DNA of 64,000 bases from Vicinamibacterales bacterium (GTDB lineage Bacteria; Acidobacteriota; Vicinamibacteria; Vicinamibacterales; 2-12-FULL-66-21), in assembly GCA_035492775.1 (NCBI GenBank), contig DATJIW010000090.1, positions 6,737 through 70,736 on the forward strand, written 5' to 3'. Position 1 is the first letter of the stretch; every line of letters begins with the position of its first letter. The notes below the pieces were generated by a model, which searched no databases, was not told where the DNA came from, and was given only the letters and a program-made list of their open reading frames with translations. The position numbers and the translations under genes were made by a program. Positions 1 to 8,478 of this stretch are shown here, piece by piece.

Positions 1-1
1 C

Positions 2-1981
2 GCGCGCGATGCGTTCGACAAGGTCCGCGGCATGGTCACCGGACACCATACGCGTCCCAAAGGCGCGAGCACCATCACGCAGCAGCTGGCGCGCGGCCTC
101 TTCCCGCAGGAAGTGGGCTACGAGATCGGCGACGTGAGCCCGGAGCGGAAGGTGAAGGAAGCGCTCGTCGCCATCCAGATCGAGAAGCGCTACACGAAAC
201 ACGAGATCTTCGCGCTCTACGCCAACCAGATGTATCTCGGTGAAGGCGCATACGGGGTCGAGGCGGCGGCGCGCACCTATTTCGGCAAGTCGGCGAAGGA
301 CGTGAACCTGGACGAGGCCGCGATGATCGCCGGCCTGTTCCAGACATGGCGGAACGCGCCGACGGTCAACATGGAACGGGCAAAGGCGCGGCAGGCCTAC
401 GTGCTCCAGCAGATGGCGGACGACCGCTTCATCACGCAAAAGGAAGCCGACGCCGCCAAGGCGCGTCCCATCGTCCTCGCCGCCACCGCCAAACCAACCA
501 ACAGCATCGCGCCATACTTCCTGGAAGAGGTGCGGAAGGATCTCGAGTCGCGCTACGGCGCCAAATCCGTCTACGAGAACGGCTTGAGCGTGCAGACGTC
601 GCTCGACGTGAAACTGCAGGACGCCGCGAACCGCGCGTTGGACGAAGGCGTGCGGCGGATCGATCATCTGCATGGCTTCCGGAAGCCGCAGCGGAACGTC
701 ATCGCCGAGCACCACACGGTCGAGAATTTCAAGCACCCCCGGTGGGAGCATGCGTTCGAGATCAACGACATCGTCCCCGCCGTCGTGACGTCCGCCGATG
801 CGGCGAACATCCACCTTCGGGCGGGGGCGTACCGCGTCACGATCGACAAGAAAGGCTATGCGTGGACGCACAAGACGCCCGCACAGCTCGTCAAGGAGGG
901 CGACCTCGTCGACGCGAAACTCCTGACGCTCGACACGGCCGAGCACACCGCGACCGCGGCGCTCGATCAGCCGCCGCTCGTGGAGGGCGCCGTGCTTGCC
1001 GTCGACAATCACACAGGACAGATCAGGGCCATGATCGGCGGGTGGAACTTCGAGCGAAGCAAGTTCAACCGCTCGACCCAGGCGTTCCGGCAGGTCGGCT
1101 CGGCGTTCAAGCCGTTCGTGTACACGACGGCCATCGATCGAGGCTACACGCCGACGTCGATAATCGACGACGACCCGGTGAGCTTCCCGGCGGGACCCGG
1201 ACAGCCTCCGTACTCGCCGCAGAACTACGAGAAGGACTTCTGGGGACCGATTACGCTGCGTCGCGCGCTCGAGCACTCGCGCAACGTGCCGGCCGTGCGG
1301 CTGATGGACGCGCTCGGCCCCAAACAGGTCATCGCCTACGCGCGGCGCTTCGGTTTGTCGGCTCCGCTCCCGCCCTATCTCTCGGTGGCGATCGGATCCG
1401 CGGAGGAGACGCTCATCGAGATGACGAGCGCGTACTCGACGTTTCCGAACCAGGGCGTCCGGATGACGCCGTATTCGATCCTGAAGGTCACCGATCGGCA
1501 AGGGAACGTGCTGGAGGAAAACCGCCCGGAGCCGAAAGATGCGATTCGCGCGGACACCGCGTTCGTGATGGTGAACCTCCTGCGCGGCGTGGTCCAGCGC
1601 GGGACCGCCGCGCAGGCCGGATCGATTAACTGGCCGATCGCGGGCAAGACCGGCACGACCGACGACTACACGGATGCGTGGTTCATCGGGTTCGATCCGG
1701 ACATCACCGTAGGCGTCTGGGTGGGCTACGACCAGAAGAAAACGCTCGGCCGCGGGATGGAAGGATCGAGAGCGGCGCTCCCGATCTGGATCGACATCAT
1801 GAAGGCATACATCGATCACCGCACCGATGTGCCAAAATTCGAGCCGCCCAGCAACATCGTCTTCGTGTCGGTGGACAGGGATTCCGGCGCAGCGGTGGAC
1901 GCAGGCGCGCCAGGGTCGATCAGCGAGGCCTTCATCGCCGGCACACAGCCCGGGTCATTTGGGAGCATTAATCGTCATTGA
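2..1981 (+). CDS. mrcA: Class A penicillin-binding protein (PBP1A family; GT51 glycosyltransferase + transpeptidase), 5' end outside window
   Basis: Frame open from base 2. GT51 motifs GASTITQQLAR and EKRYTKHEIFALYANQMYLG. Transpeptidase SxxK (SAFK), SxN (HSRN) and KTG (AGKTGTT). Confidence 0.9.
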   Translation, partial: ARDAFDKVRGMVTGHHTRPKGASTITQQLARGLFPQEVGYEIGDVSPERKVKEALVAIQIEKRYTKHEIFALYANQMYLGEGAYGVEAAARTYFGKSAKDVNLDEAAMIAGLFQTWRNAPTVNMERAKARQAYVLQQMADDRFITQKEADAAKARPIVLAATAKPTNSIAPYFLEEVRKDLESRYGAKSVYENGLSVQTSLDVKLQDAANRALDEGVRRIDHLHGFRKPQRNVIAEHHTVENFKHPRWEHAFEINDIVPAVVTSADAANIHLRAGAYRVTIDKKGYAWTHKTPAQLVKEGDLVDAKLLTLDTAEHTATAALDQPPLVEGAVLAVDNHTGQIRAMIGGWNFERSKFNRSTQAFRQVGSAFKPFVYTTAIDRGYTPTSIIDDDPVSFPAGPGQPPYSPQNYEKDFWGPITLRRALEHSRNVPAVRLMDALGPKQVIAYARRFGLSAPLPPYLSVAIGSAEETLIEMTSAYSTFPNQGVRMTPYSILKVTDRQGNVLEENRPEPKDAIRADTAFVMVNLLRGVVQRGTAAQAGSINWPIAGKTGTTDDYTDAWFIGFDPDITVGVWVGYDQKKTLGRGMEGSRAALPIWIDIMKAYIDHRTDVPKFEPPSNIVFVSVDRDSGAAVDAGAPGSISEAFIAGTQPGSFGSINRH

Positions 1982-2215
1982 CGATTGGCGACTGAAGATT
2001 GGCGATTTTTAATTGGCGATTGGCGATTGGCGATTGGGAATCGACCATTGACGATTGGCGACTGAAGATTGGCGATTTTCAATTAGCGATTGGCAATTGG
2101 GAATCGACCATTGGCGATTGGCGACTGAAGATTGGCGATTTTCAATAAGCGATTGGCGATTGGCAGTGACAATTGGCGAATTCGATGATTGGCGAATCGA
2201 CGATTGGCGAGTGGT
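1976..2215. repeat. Tandem array of degenerate GATTGGC heptamers organised in three higher-order units (starts 1976, 2046, 2109)
   Basis: Direct reading: cattgacgattggcgactgaagattggcgatttt(t/c)aatt(g/a)gcgattggc...attgggaatcgac recurs at 70- and 63-nt spacing. The array starts on the PBP1A stop codon (TGA 1979-1981). Confidence 0.9.
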
Positions 2216-2391
2216 AAGGGACTGCCCCTGGGTTAACCCAGGTTGGTGAGTGTCAACCGCGGTTGTCGTTTATGCTCTCCGCCGGCGGGCCGACGATTGG
2301 CGGATTGGCGAGTGGTGAACCGCCTCCACCTGGGTTGACCGAAGTTGACGAGTGCAACCGCGGTTGTCGTTTATCCTCTCCGCCGGCGGGC
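2198..2391. repeat. Tandem duplication (93 nt + 101 nt) containing the 3' end of the four-helix-bundle ORF
   Basis: Cores 2248-2290 and 2350-2391 differ by one indel and one substitution (gagtg(t)caaccgcggttgtcgtttat(g/c)ctctccgccggcgggc). Both copies start cgacgattgg. Confidence 0.85.
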
Positions 2392-2784
2392 CGTGTTGAT
2401 CTGTTTGGCGAGATCCAGCCGCTGCGCCTGTCGTTCCTGGGCGGTTTTTCGCGACTTCACGAAGATCCGGGTTAGTTCGTCCGCCTCCTGGATGAGGTCC
2501 TGCGCCGAGTCGCGGGAGACCAGATTCGATCGAACCAGGAGTTCCAGCCACCCTTTCGATTCATCCGCCTCTTCGACGGCCACTCCGATTTTTGCGATGA
2601 ATTCCGCAGAACTTCGCGCGCGGCACGTCGCGCGGTAGTTGCTGTCCGTTGCGCCCGCGGCGTCCAGGAGCTGTTCGGCGACCTTCTGGGCTGCCAGAGT
2701 TCGAGGCAGGCTCTCACAGAACTTGATGACATCAGCGGCGAACTTCTGCGTCCGCTCCTGGAGTGCAACAGCCTTGGCATTCAT
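2371..2784 (-). CDS. Four-helix-bundle protein (23S rRNA intervening-sequence protein family, TIGR02436-like)
   Basis: 137-aa all-helical ORF from ATG 2784 (MNAKAVALQERTQKFAADVIKFCESLP...SNYRATCRARSSAEFIAKIGVAVEEADESKGWLELL). Codons upstream of 2784 in the listed ORF are repeat-encoded. Confidence 0.75.
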   Translation of the reverse strand: MNAKAVALQERTQKFAADVIKFCESLPRTLAAQKVAEQLLDAAGATDSNYRATCRARSSAEFIAKIGVAVEEADESKGWLELLVRSNLVSRDSAQDLIQEADELTRIFVKSRKTAQERQAQRLDLAKQINTARRRRG

Positions 2785-2810
2785 GACGACCGGCTTTGCA
2801 TCTGCCGCGC

Positions 2811-2936
2811 CAATCGTCAATCGCCAATGCCAATCGTCAATCGTCAATCGTCAATGCCAATCAGCAATCGTCAATGAGTAATCGCCAATCGCCAATCGTC
2901 AATCCCTAATCGGCAATCGCCAATCGCCAATCGTCA
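2811..2936. repeat. Tandem array of about 18 CAATCGY heptamers (reverse complement of the GATTGGC word)
   Basis: Direct reading: caatcgt caatcgc caatgc caatcgt ... caatccc taatcgg caatcgc caatcgc caatcgt. The array abuts the prfB stop codon (TAA, 2937-2939). Confidence 0.9.
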
Positions 2937-4077
2937 TTAGTCGATTTCCTCCTCCGTCGCCGCCGAGAGCGCCCCGGCGGCCTTCTTCATCAGGTACGTC
3001 TTGATGAAGAAATCGATGTCGCCGTCGAGTACGCGGTTGACGTCGCCCACCTGCTCCTTGGTCCGATGGTCCTTCACCATCTGGTACGGGTGCAGAACGT
3101 AGCTGCGGATCTGGCTGCCGAACGCGATGTCGCGCTTTTCCCCGCCGAGCTTTTCGAGCGTCGCCTGCTGCTCCTTCGTCCTCAGGTCGTACAGCCGCGC
3201 CTTCAGCACCTTCATCGCCTGCGCCCGGTTCTTGTGCTGCGACCGCTCGTTCTGGCACGAGACAACGATTCCGGTCGGCAGATGCGTGATGCGGACCGCC
3301 GAGTCCGTGACGTTCACGTGCTGGCCGCCGGCGCCGCTCGACCGGTAGGTGTCGATCCGCAGGTCCTTTTCCTCGATCGCCACATCGACGTCGTCGGGCA
3401 GTTCGGGCCAGACGTAGACCGACGCGAATGACGTGTGCCGCCGTGCGGCCTGGTCGAACGGCGAGATTCGCACCAGCCGGTGGACGCCGGCTTCGGCGAG
3501 CAGTAACCCGTATGCGTAGTCGCCGTAGACGGTAAAGGTCGCGCTCTTGATGCCCGCTTCGTCGCCCGGCTGCACTTCGATGACGTCCCGCTTGAAGCCG
3601 CGGCGTTCGGTCCATCGAAGGTACATGCGCAGCAGCATCTCGGCCCAGTCCTGCGACTCGGTGCCTCCGGCGCCCGGGTGAATCGTCACGATGGCGTTCT
3701 TGCGATCGTGCTCGCCGCCGAGCATTTTCTTCGTCTCGCCGGCGTCCACCTCGCGCGCGAGATCGGCAAGGCCGGCCGCGAGATCGTCGCCGACGGGCTC
3801 GCCGGCTTCCGCCCACTCCGTCAGAACGGCCAGGTCGTCGACGCGCCGTTTCAGCGATTCGCTCAACGCGCGGTCGTCTTCGAGCCGCCGCCGGCGCTGC
3901 AGCAGCTTCTGCGCCGCCGCCTGATCCTTCCAGAAGTCGGGTTCGCCTACACGCTCCTCGATCTTCCTCAGCTCGTCGGCCGGGCGTGTGGCGTCAAAGA
4001 TAGCTCCGCAGATCGGACGCGCGCTTTGCCAGGTCCTGATACTGCCGGAGCTGCTCCTCGAGATGCTGAACAGTCAT
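2937..4077 (-). CDS. prfB: Peptide chain release factor 2, expressed through a programmed +1 frameshift
   Basis: SPF-type body with GGQ motif (SGAGGQHVNVTDSAVRITH). A 27-codon leader from ATG 4077 ends at an in-frame TGA. A +1 shift reads on into ...LDATRPADELRKIEERVGEPDFWKDQ... and joins the listed ORF 2937..3866. Confidence 0.9.
3993..4007 (-). promoter_or_regulatory. prfB: RF2 autoregulatory +1 frameshift site (GGAG C TAT CTT TGA C)
   Basis: Minus-strand sequence tgcGGAGcTATCTTTGAC. CTT TGA C is the canonical RF2 shift heptamer, with an upstream SD-like GGAG. Confidence 0.85.
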
Positions 4078-4120
4078 AACGAATCCAATTCCCACCGCTG
4101 CAAGCTCAAGGCTCGCAGCG

Positions 4121-5485
4121 CTAATTGCGCCGGGTCAACAGAAGCATGATCGCCGTAATCGCCACGCCCGCCCAGCCGGCGACGTCTCCGATGTAACTGT
4201 AGATCGTGCGGTCCTCGATGAAACGCAGCTCGTCCACCATCACCGCGCTCTCGAACATGTTGGAGCGCTGCATGACGCGGCCGTACGGATCGACAAACCC
4301 GCTGATCCCCGTGTTCGCGGCGCGCGCCAGGTAGCGCCCCTCCTCGATTGCCCGCATCGATGCCTGCTCCCAGTGCTGGTACGCAGCGGACGTCCAGCCA
4401 TACCACGCGTCGTTCGTAATCGTCGTCAACAGCTCGCTCCCGTGGCGCACCGACGCGCGGATCAGGCTCGAGTAGATCACTTCGTAGCAAATCGCGGTGC
4501 TCGCGTCGTGCCCGGCGACCGGCAGCATGACGATGCTGGCGCCAGGCGTGAAGTCGGAAACCGCCTGGACGATCGGCCCGACGAAAAAGAGCAGCCGTTT
4601 CAGCGGCACGTATTCGCCGAACGGGACGAGGTGGATCTTGCGATAGACGGCGCCCGTTTTCCCGTCCGGTTCGACGAGGTATGCCGCGTTGTAATACCGC
4701 ACGTCGGGCGCCTGTCCGGCTATCGTCTGCACCGGTTCGACCTGGTCGCTGCCGATGAGGAGCGTGATGTGCGCCTGCTGCGCGAGCCGCCGGATCGCTG
4801 CACCGCCGGCGAGGTCCTGCTCGTACGGCAATGGTGTCGACGACTCGGGCCACAGGACGAACTGCGCGCCCCGCCCGATCGCTTCACGCGTCATGTTGAT
4901 GTAGCGGTCCATGATCGGACCGCGCGCCGCGCTGTCCCATTTCTGGTCCTGGGGGATGTTGCCCTGCAGAACGCCCACACGGATGGCCGTACCCGCCGAC
5001 GTCAAGCGGTGAGCGCGCACGCGAAATGCGCCCCAGACACCAATCGCGAGGACGATCCCGACCGCCGCCACGAGAGGCCGCCAGCGTTTGGACGTGGGCT
5101 CGAGGGCGAGATATGCGGCGCCCGCGCTGACGGACGCCACCAGGGCCGACAGACCATAGACCCCGGCGATGCTGGCGACCTGCGCCACGGGAATGACGGT
5201 GACCTGGCTATAACCGAGCAGCTCCCATGGAAAACCGTCCCAGATGTAGGTGCGCCCCATCTCGGTCGCAATCCACGACAGCGGGGCGAGCAGCAGCGCC
5301 GTCCGCCCGAAGGCTTTGGCGAAGCGCGCCTGGAATACCGCGAAAAGGCCCGGGAACAGCGAGAGATATGCCACGAGCATCAGCGCGGCAAACGCCGACG
5401 TCGGCGTCGACAGCCCGCCGAACGTCGTCATCGTCTGGACCAGCCAGTAGAGCGTCCCCCAGAAGTAGAACGCCCCGGTCGTCAC
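4121..5485 (-). CDS. lnt: Apolipoprotein N-acyltransferase; true N-terminus probably extends upstream to about 5638
   Basis: Multi-TM N-terminal half plus CN-hydrolase domain with E/K/C triad contexts (FVLWPESS, YRKIHLVPFGEY, STAICYEVIY). 5485 is the first canonical (GTG) start. Confidence 0.85.
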   Translation of the reverse strand: MTTGAFYFWGTLYWLVQTMTTFGGLSTPTSAFAALMLVAYLSLFPGLFAVFQARFAKAFGRTALLLAPLSWIATEMGRTYIWDGFPWELLGYSQVTVIPVAQVASIAGVYGLSALVASVSAGAAYLALEPTSKRWRPLVAAVGIVLAIGVWGAFRVRAHRLTSAGTAIRVGVLQGNIPQDQKWDSAARGPIMDRYINMTREAIGRGAQFVLWPESSTPLPYEQDLAGGAAIRRLAQQAHITLLIGSDQVEPVQTIAGQAPDVRYYNAAYLVEPDGKTGAVYRKIHLVPFGEYVPLKRLLFFVGPIVQAVSDFTPGASIVMLPVAGHDASTAICYEVIYSSLIRASVRHGSELLTTITNDAWYGWTSAAYQHWEQASMRAIEEGRYLARAANTGISGFVDPYGRVMQRSNMFESAVMVDELRFIEDRTIYSYIGDVAGWAGVAITAIMLLLTRRN

Positions 5486-5622
5486 ACCGAGTGCGAGCGA
5501 GCGGCGCGGCGACGGCGGCCGTGCGGTGACGGCGACCAGCAGCGGCGCGAGCGCGATCCAGGCAAACGCCGGGTAACCGAATTTCGGGAAGCTGGCGGCG
5601 AGAAGGACGCCCGACAGCGTGG

Positions 5623-6360
5623 CTAATGCGAAATCCAGGGCTTGAACTGCTCTTCTTTTTCGAGGCGGCGTGCGACCTGCTCTGCCTCGCGGCGGTCGTT
5701 GTAGCGCCCGACCTGCACGCGGTAGATCGACGGCGCGCCGGCTGAGGGGTTGACGACGAAAGCGGGATAACCCTTCGCCGAAAGGCGCTGCACCACTGCG
5801 GCCGCGGCGGCGCGGTCCTTCAGCGCCACGAGCTGAACGACCCAGACTCCGGGACGGCCGGACGGAGCCGCGGACTTGGAAGGCGCCGGATCAGCAGCGG
5901 CCGGCGCGGAAGCAGGCTTCGGCGTCTCTTTGGGCGCGGCTGCGGACATCGTGGATGCCGCCGGTGCTGCGGGCTGCGCAGGCGCGGCAGGATTCGAATC
6001 CGCGTTGGCCTTCAACTTCTCGGTCGGGGCCTTGTCGTCCTGGAGTTTGGGATAGCTGAAATGGTCGGCGCCCTCCTTCGGAGGCGGCGGCACTTCGCCA
6101 GCCGGCGCGCTCGTTGATGCGGGAGCCGTCTGCTGCGCCTGAGGGACCGGACTCGCTGCGGACGGCGCTGCCGCGGCGGACGTTTCGATCGGCTCGTCGG
6201 CGTGGGCCGATGTTCTTGCGTTGCGGCCCACCTGCACGCCGAGCAGAAAAATGAAGACGGCGGCAGCCGTCGTCAGCATGAACGCGAAAACAACCTGTTT
6301 TCCGCTCAGCTGAATTTCGTGAAAGCCGTCTTCGGCGTCGTGTTGCGTCAGTTCGGTCAC
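5623..6360 (-). CDS. SPOR domain-containing membrane protein
   Basis: N-terminal TM helix, Ala/Pro-rich linker and C-terminal SPOR-like domain (VWVVQLVALKDRAAAAAVVQRLSAKGYPAFV...YRVQVGRYNDRREAEQVARRL). Confidence 0.75.
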   Translation of the reverse strand: MTELTQHDAEDGFHEIQLSGKQVVFAFMLTTAAAVFIFLLGVQVGRNARTSAHADEPIETSAAAAPSAASPVPQAQQTAPASTSAPAGEVPPPPKEGADHFSYPKLQDDKAPTEKLKANADSNPAAPAQPAAPAASTMSAAAPKETPKPASAPAAADPAPSKSAAPSGRPGVWVVQLVALKDRAAAAAVVQRLSAKGYPAFVVNPSAGAPSIYRVQVGRYNDRREAEQVARRLEKEEQFKPWISH

Positions 6361-6363
6361 GGA

Positions 6364-7119
6364 TCAGGTCTTCTTGCGCCCGCCTATCAAGTCCGAAATG
6401 AACTCGATCGGCAGCGGGAACACAATCGTGGAATTCTTTTCGGACGCGATCTCGGTCAGCGTCTGCAGGTATCGAAGCGTGATGGTGACGGGCTCGGTGG
6501 CGATGACCGCGGCAGCCTGCGCCAGCTTCTCCGAAGCCTGCAACTCGCCCTCCGCGTGGATGATTTTAGCACGCTTCTCGCGCTCGGCCTCAGCTTGTCG
6601 CGCCATCGCGCGCTGCATATCCGCAGGCAGGTCGACGTGCTTGACCTCCACGGCCGAGACTTTCACGCCCCAGGGATCGGTATGGAGGTCCAGGATCTGC
6701 TGGAGCTGCTGATTGAGGCGCTCGCGTTCCGACAGCAGGTCGTCGAGCTCGACCTGCCCGAGCACGCTGCGGAGGGTCGTCTGCGCCAGCTGCGAAGTAG
6801 CGTAATGGAAGCTTTCGACTTCCACGATGGCCTTGCGGGGCTCCATCACGCGGAAGTAGACGACGGCGTTGACCTTGACGGAGACGTTGTCGCGCGTGAT
6901 CACGTCCTGCGGGGGGACGTCCATGACGATGGTGCGGAGGCTCACGCGGGCCATCCGATCGATCGGCGCGAACACCAGGATGACGCCGGGCCCCTTCGGC
7001 TGGGGCAGCAGCTTCCCCAGCCGGAAAATCACGGCGCGTTCGTATTCGTTCAGGACTTTGATCGAGCTGATCAACCAGAACGCCACGACAATCGCAACTA
7101 TCAGCACTGGTGAAATCAT
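6364..7119 (-). CDS. SPFH/band 7 (stomatin-like) protein
   Basis: [38 protein letters not shown]... is a typical stomatin/slipin N-terminus. ATG 7119 lies 7 nt after the NfeD stop. Confidence 0.85.
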   Translation of the reverse strand: MISPVLIVAIVVAFWLISSIKVLNEYERAVIFRLGKLLPQPKGPGVILVFAPIDRMARVSLRTIVMDVPPQDVITRDNVSVKVNAVVYFRVMEPRKAIVEVESFHYATSQLAQTTLRSVLGQVELDDLLSERERLNQQLQQILDLHTDPWGVKVSAVEVKHVDLPADMQRAMARQAEAEREKRAKIIHAEGELQASEKLAQAAAVIATEPVTITLRYLQTLTEIASEKNSTIVFPLPIEFISDLIGGRKKT

Positions 7120-7126
7120 GTCGTCG

Positions 7127-8428
7127 TCACATTCTCTTGACGGTGAGCAGCAGCCCCTTGACGGCGGTAATGATGACACGATCCCCGGCATGGACGGGCT
7201 CGTCGGCAGTGGCCGTCCAGATCTCGCCGTGCGCCGTCACGCGGCCGACCCCGCCGGGGGCGATCGAGGTCATGGCCTCGCCTGCCGTATTCAGCATGCC
7301 GCTCTCGCCGGTGACGGCGGGCTGCCGCTGCGCGCGGACGCCGAGGCGGACGAGAAACAGCAGAATCCCGGCGAGTCCAAGGGTGACGGGGACAATCACG
7401 CGAAGGCCGATCTGCATCTCCGGGAGCGGAGAATCGATCAACATCAGCGATCCAAAGAAGAGGCTCGCGATTCCTCCGGCGGCGAGCAGCCCGTGGCTGG
7501 TGACCTTCACTTCGAGCACGAGCAGCGCGAACCCGAGCAGAATCAGGAGCACGCCCGAATAGCTGACGGGCAGGACCTGCAGGGCGAAAAAGGCCAGCAG
7601 CAGACAAATGCCGCCTGCCACGCCGGGGAGGATCGCGCCCGGACTCCAGAGCTCGATGGTCAGGCCGAGCGTGCCGAGCGTCAGGAGCAGATACGCAATC
7701 TGCGGGTGTGCGATGGCGCTCAACACGCGCTCCGCACGCGTCATCTCGATGGTGCGGAGCACGGGGCTGGCCAACTGCAACGTCACGGTCTCGCCGTTGA
7801 AGCGGCGCACCGTGCGGCCATCGAGTTTGCGAATGAGGTCAGGGACGTCATTGGCAATGAGGTCGATGAGCGGCGGCGTTGCACCAATCGCTTCCTGCTC
7901 GGTGTACGAACGGCTTTCGGTGACCGCCTGTTCGACGAGCGGCACGTTGCGACGACGCTGTGTCGCGAGCGTGCGGGCGTATGCGGCCGCGTCAGACGCC
8001 ATCTTCTTCGCCATCACCGGATCGATGGTTTCGCCGTAGCCGCTCACGGGATGGGCCGCGCCGATGTGCGTGCCGGGCGCCATCGCGGCGACATCGGCCG
8101 CTATGGTGATGAGGAAGCCTGCAGAAGCGGCGCGATAACCCGCCGGGCCAACGAAGACCGCTACCGGTGTTCGTGCCGAGATGATGGCGTTGTTGATGTC
8201 CCGCGTGGCGTCCAGCAATCCGCCGGGTGTGTGCAGCGTAAAGACGATGAGCGCCGCCTTGTCGGCGTCGGCTCTGGCGATCGCGGACCGCATGAAGTCG
8301 GCGGTCACCGGCTGGATGATCGCGTCGACCGTCGCCGTTTCCACGATCGGCGCAGAAGGCTGCGCGAGCAGCCGGTGAACGGCCGCCACGAAAGCCATCG
8401 CAATCAGCGCGATACGTGCGACTCGCAT
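7127..8428 (-). CDS. NfeD family membrane-bound ClpP-class serine protease
   Basis: Signal peptide, ClpP-like N-terminal domain, central TM helices and C-terminal NfeD-type OB region. Classic nfeD-stomatin gene pair. Confidence 0.8.
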   Translation of the reverse strand: MRVARIALIAMAFVAAVHRLLAQPSAPIVETATVDAIIQPVTADFMRSAIARADADKAALIVFTLHTPGGLLDATRDINNAIISARTPVAVFVGPAGYRAASAGFLITIAADVAAMAPGTHIGAAHPVSGYGETIDPVMAKKMASDAAAYARTLATQRRRNVPLVEQAVTESRSYTEQEAIGATPPLIDLIANDVPDLIRKLDGRTVRRFNGETVTLQLASPVLRTIEMTRAERVLSAIAHPQIAYLLLTLGTLGLTIELWSPGAILPGVAGGICLLLAFFALQVLPVSYSGVLLILLGFALLVLEVKVTSHGLLAAGGIASLFFGSLMLIDSPLPEMQIGLRVIVPVTLGLAGILLFLVRLGVRAQRQPAVTGESGMLNTAGEAMTSIAPGGVGRVTAHGEIWTATADEPVHAGDRVIITAVKGLLLTVKRM

Positions 8429-8478
8429 GCAATCCTGTTCCCGATCTTACGACCCCACGGCAGCGGCGGACGCCCGAA

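Noticed and set aside
2055-2249. Small ORFs translating the arrays into repetitive peptides (IGDWRLA..., WELGIGNWELG..., e.g. 2055..2249, 21262..21462, 36742..36963, 53587..54498)
   Set aside because: The periodicity is at the nucleotide level (7 nt, not a multiple of 3), all frames are open, and the same arrays occur in both orientations. These ORFs, and the N-terminal extensions they add to valS, tdk, IHF and the four-helix-bundle gene, are artefacts.
1976-2936. Possibility that the repeat arrays here (and at the other nine loci) are CRISPR arrays
   Set aside because: The period is 7-14 nt with no unique 25-40-nt spacers, the units are degenerate rather than identical, and there are no cas genes in the window.
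4373-5626. 417-aa plus-strand ORF (and 4074..4853 minus)
   Set aside because: These are antisense or alternative frames of lnt, Arg-rich with no motifs.
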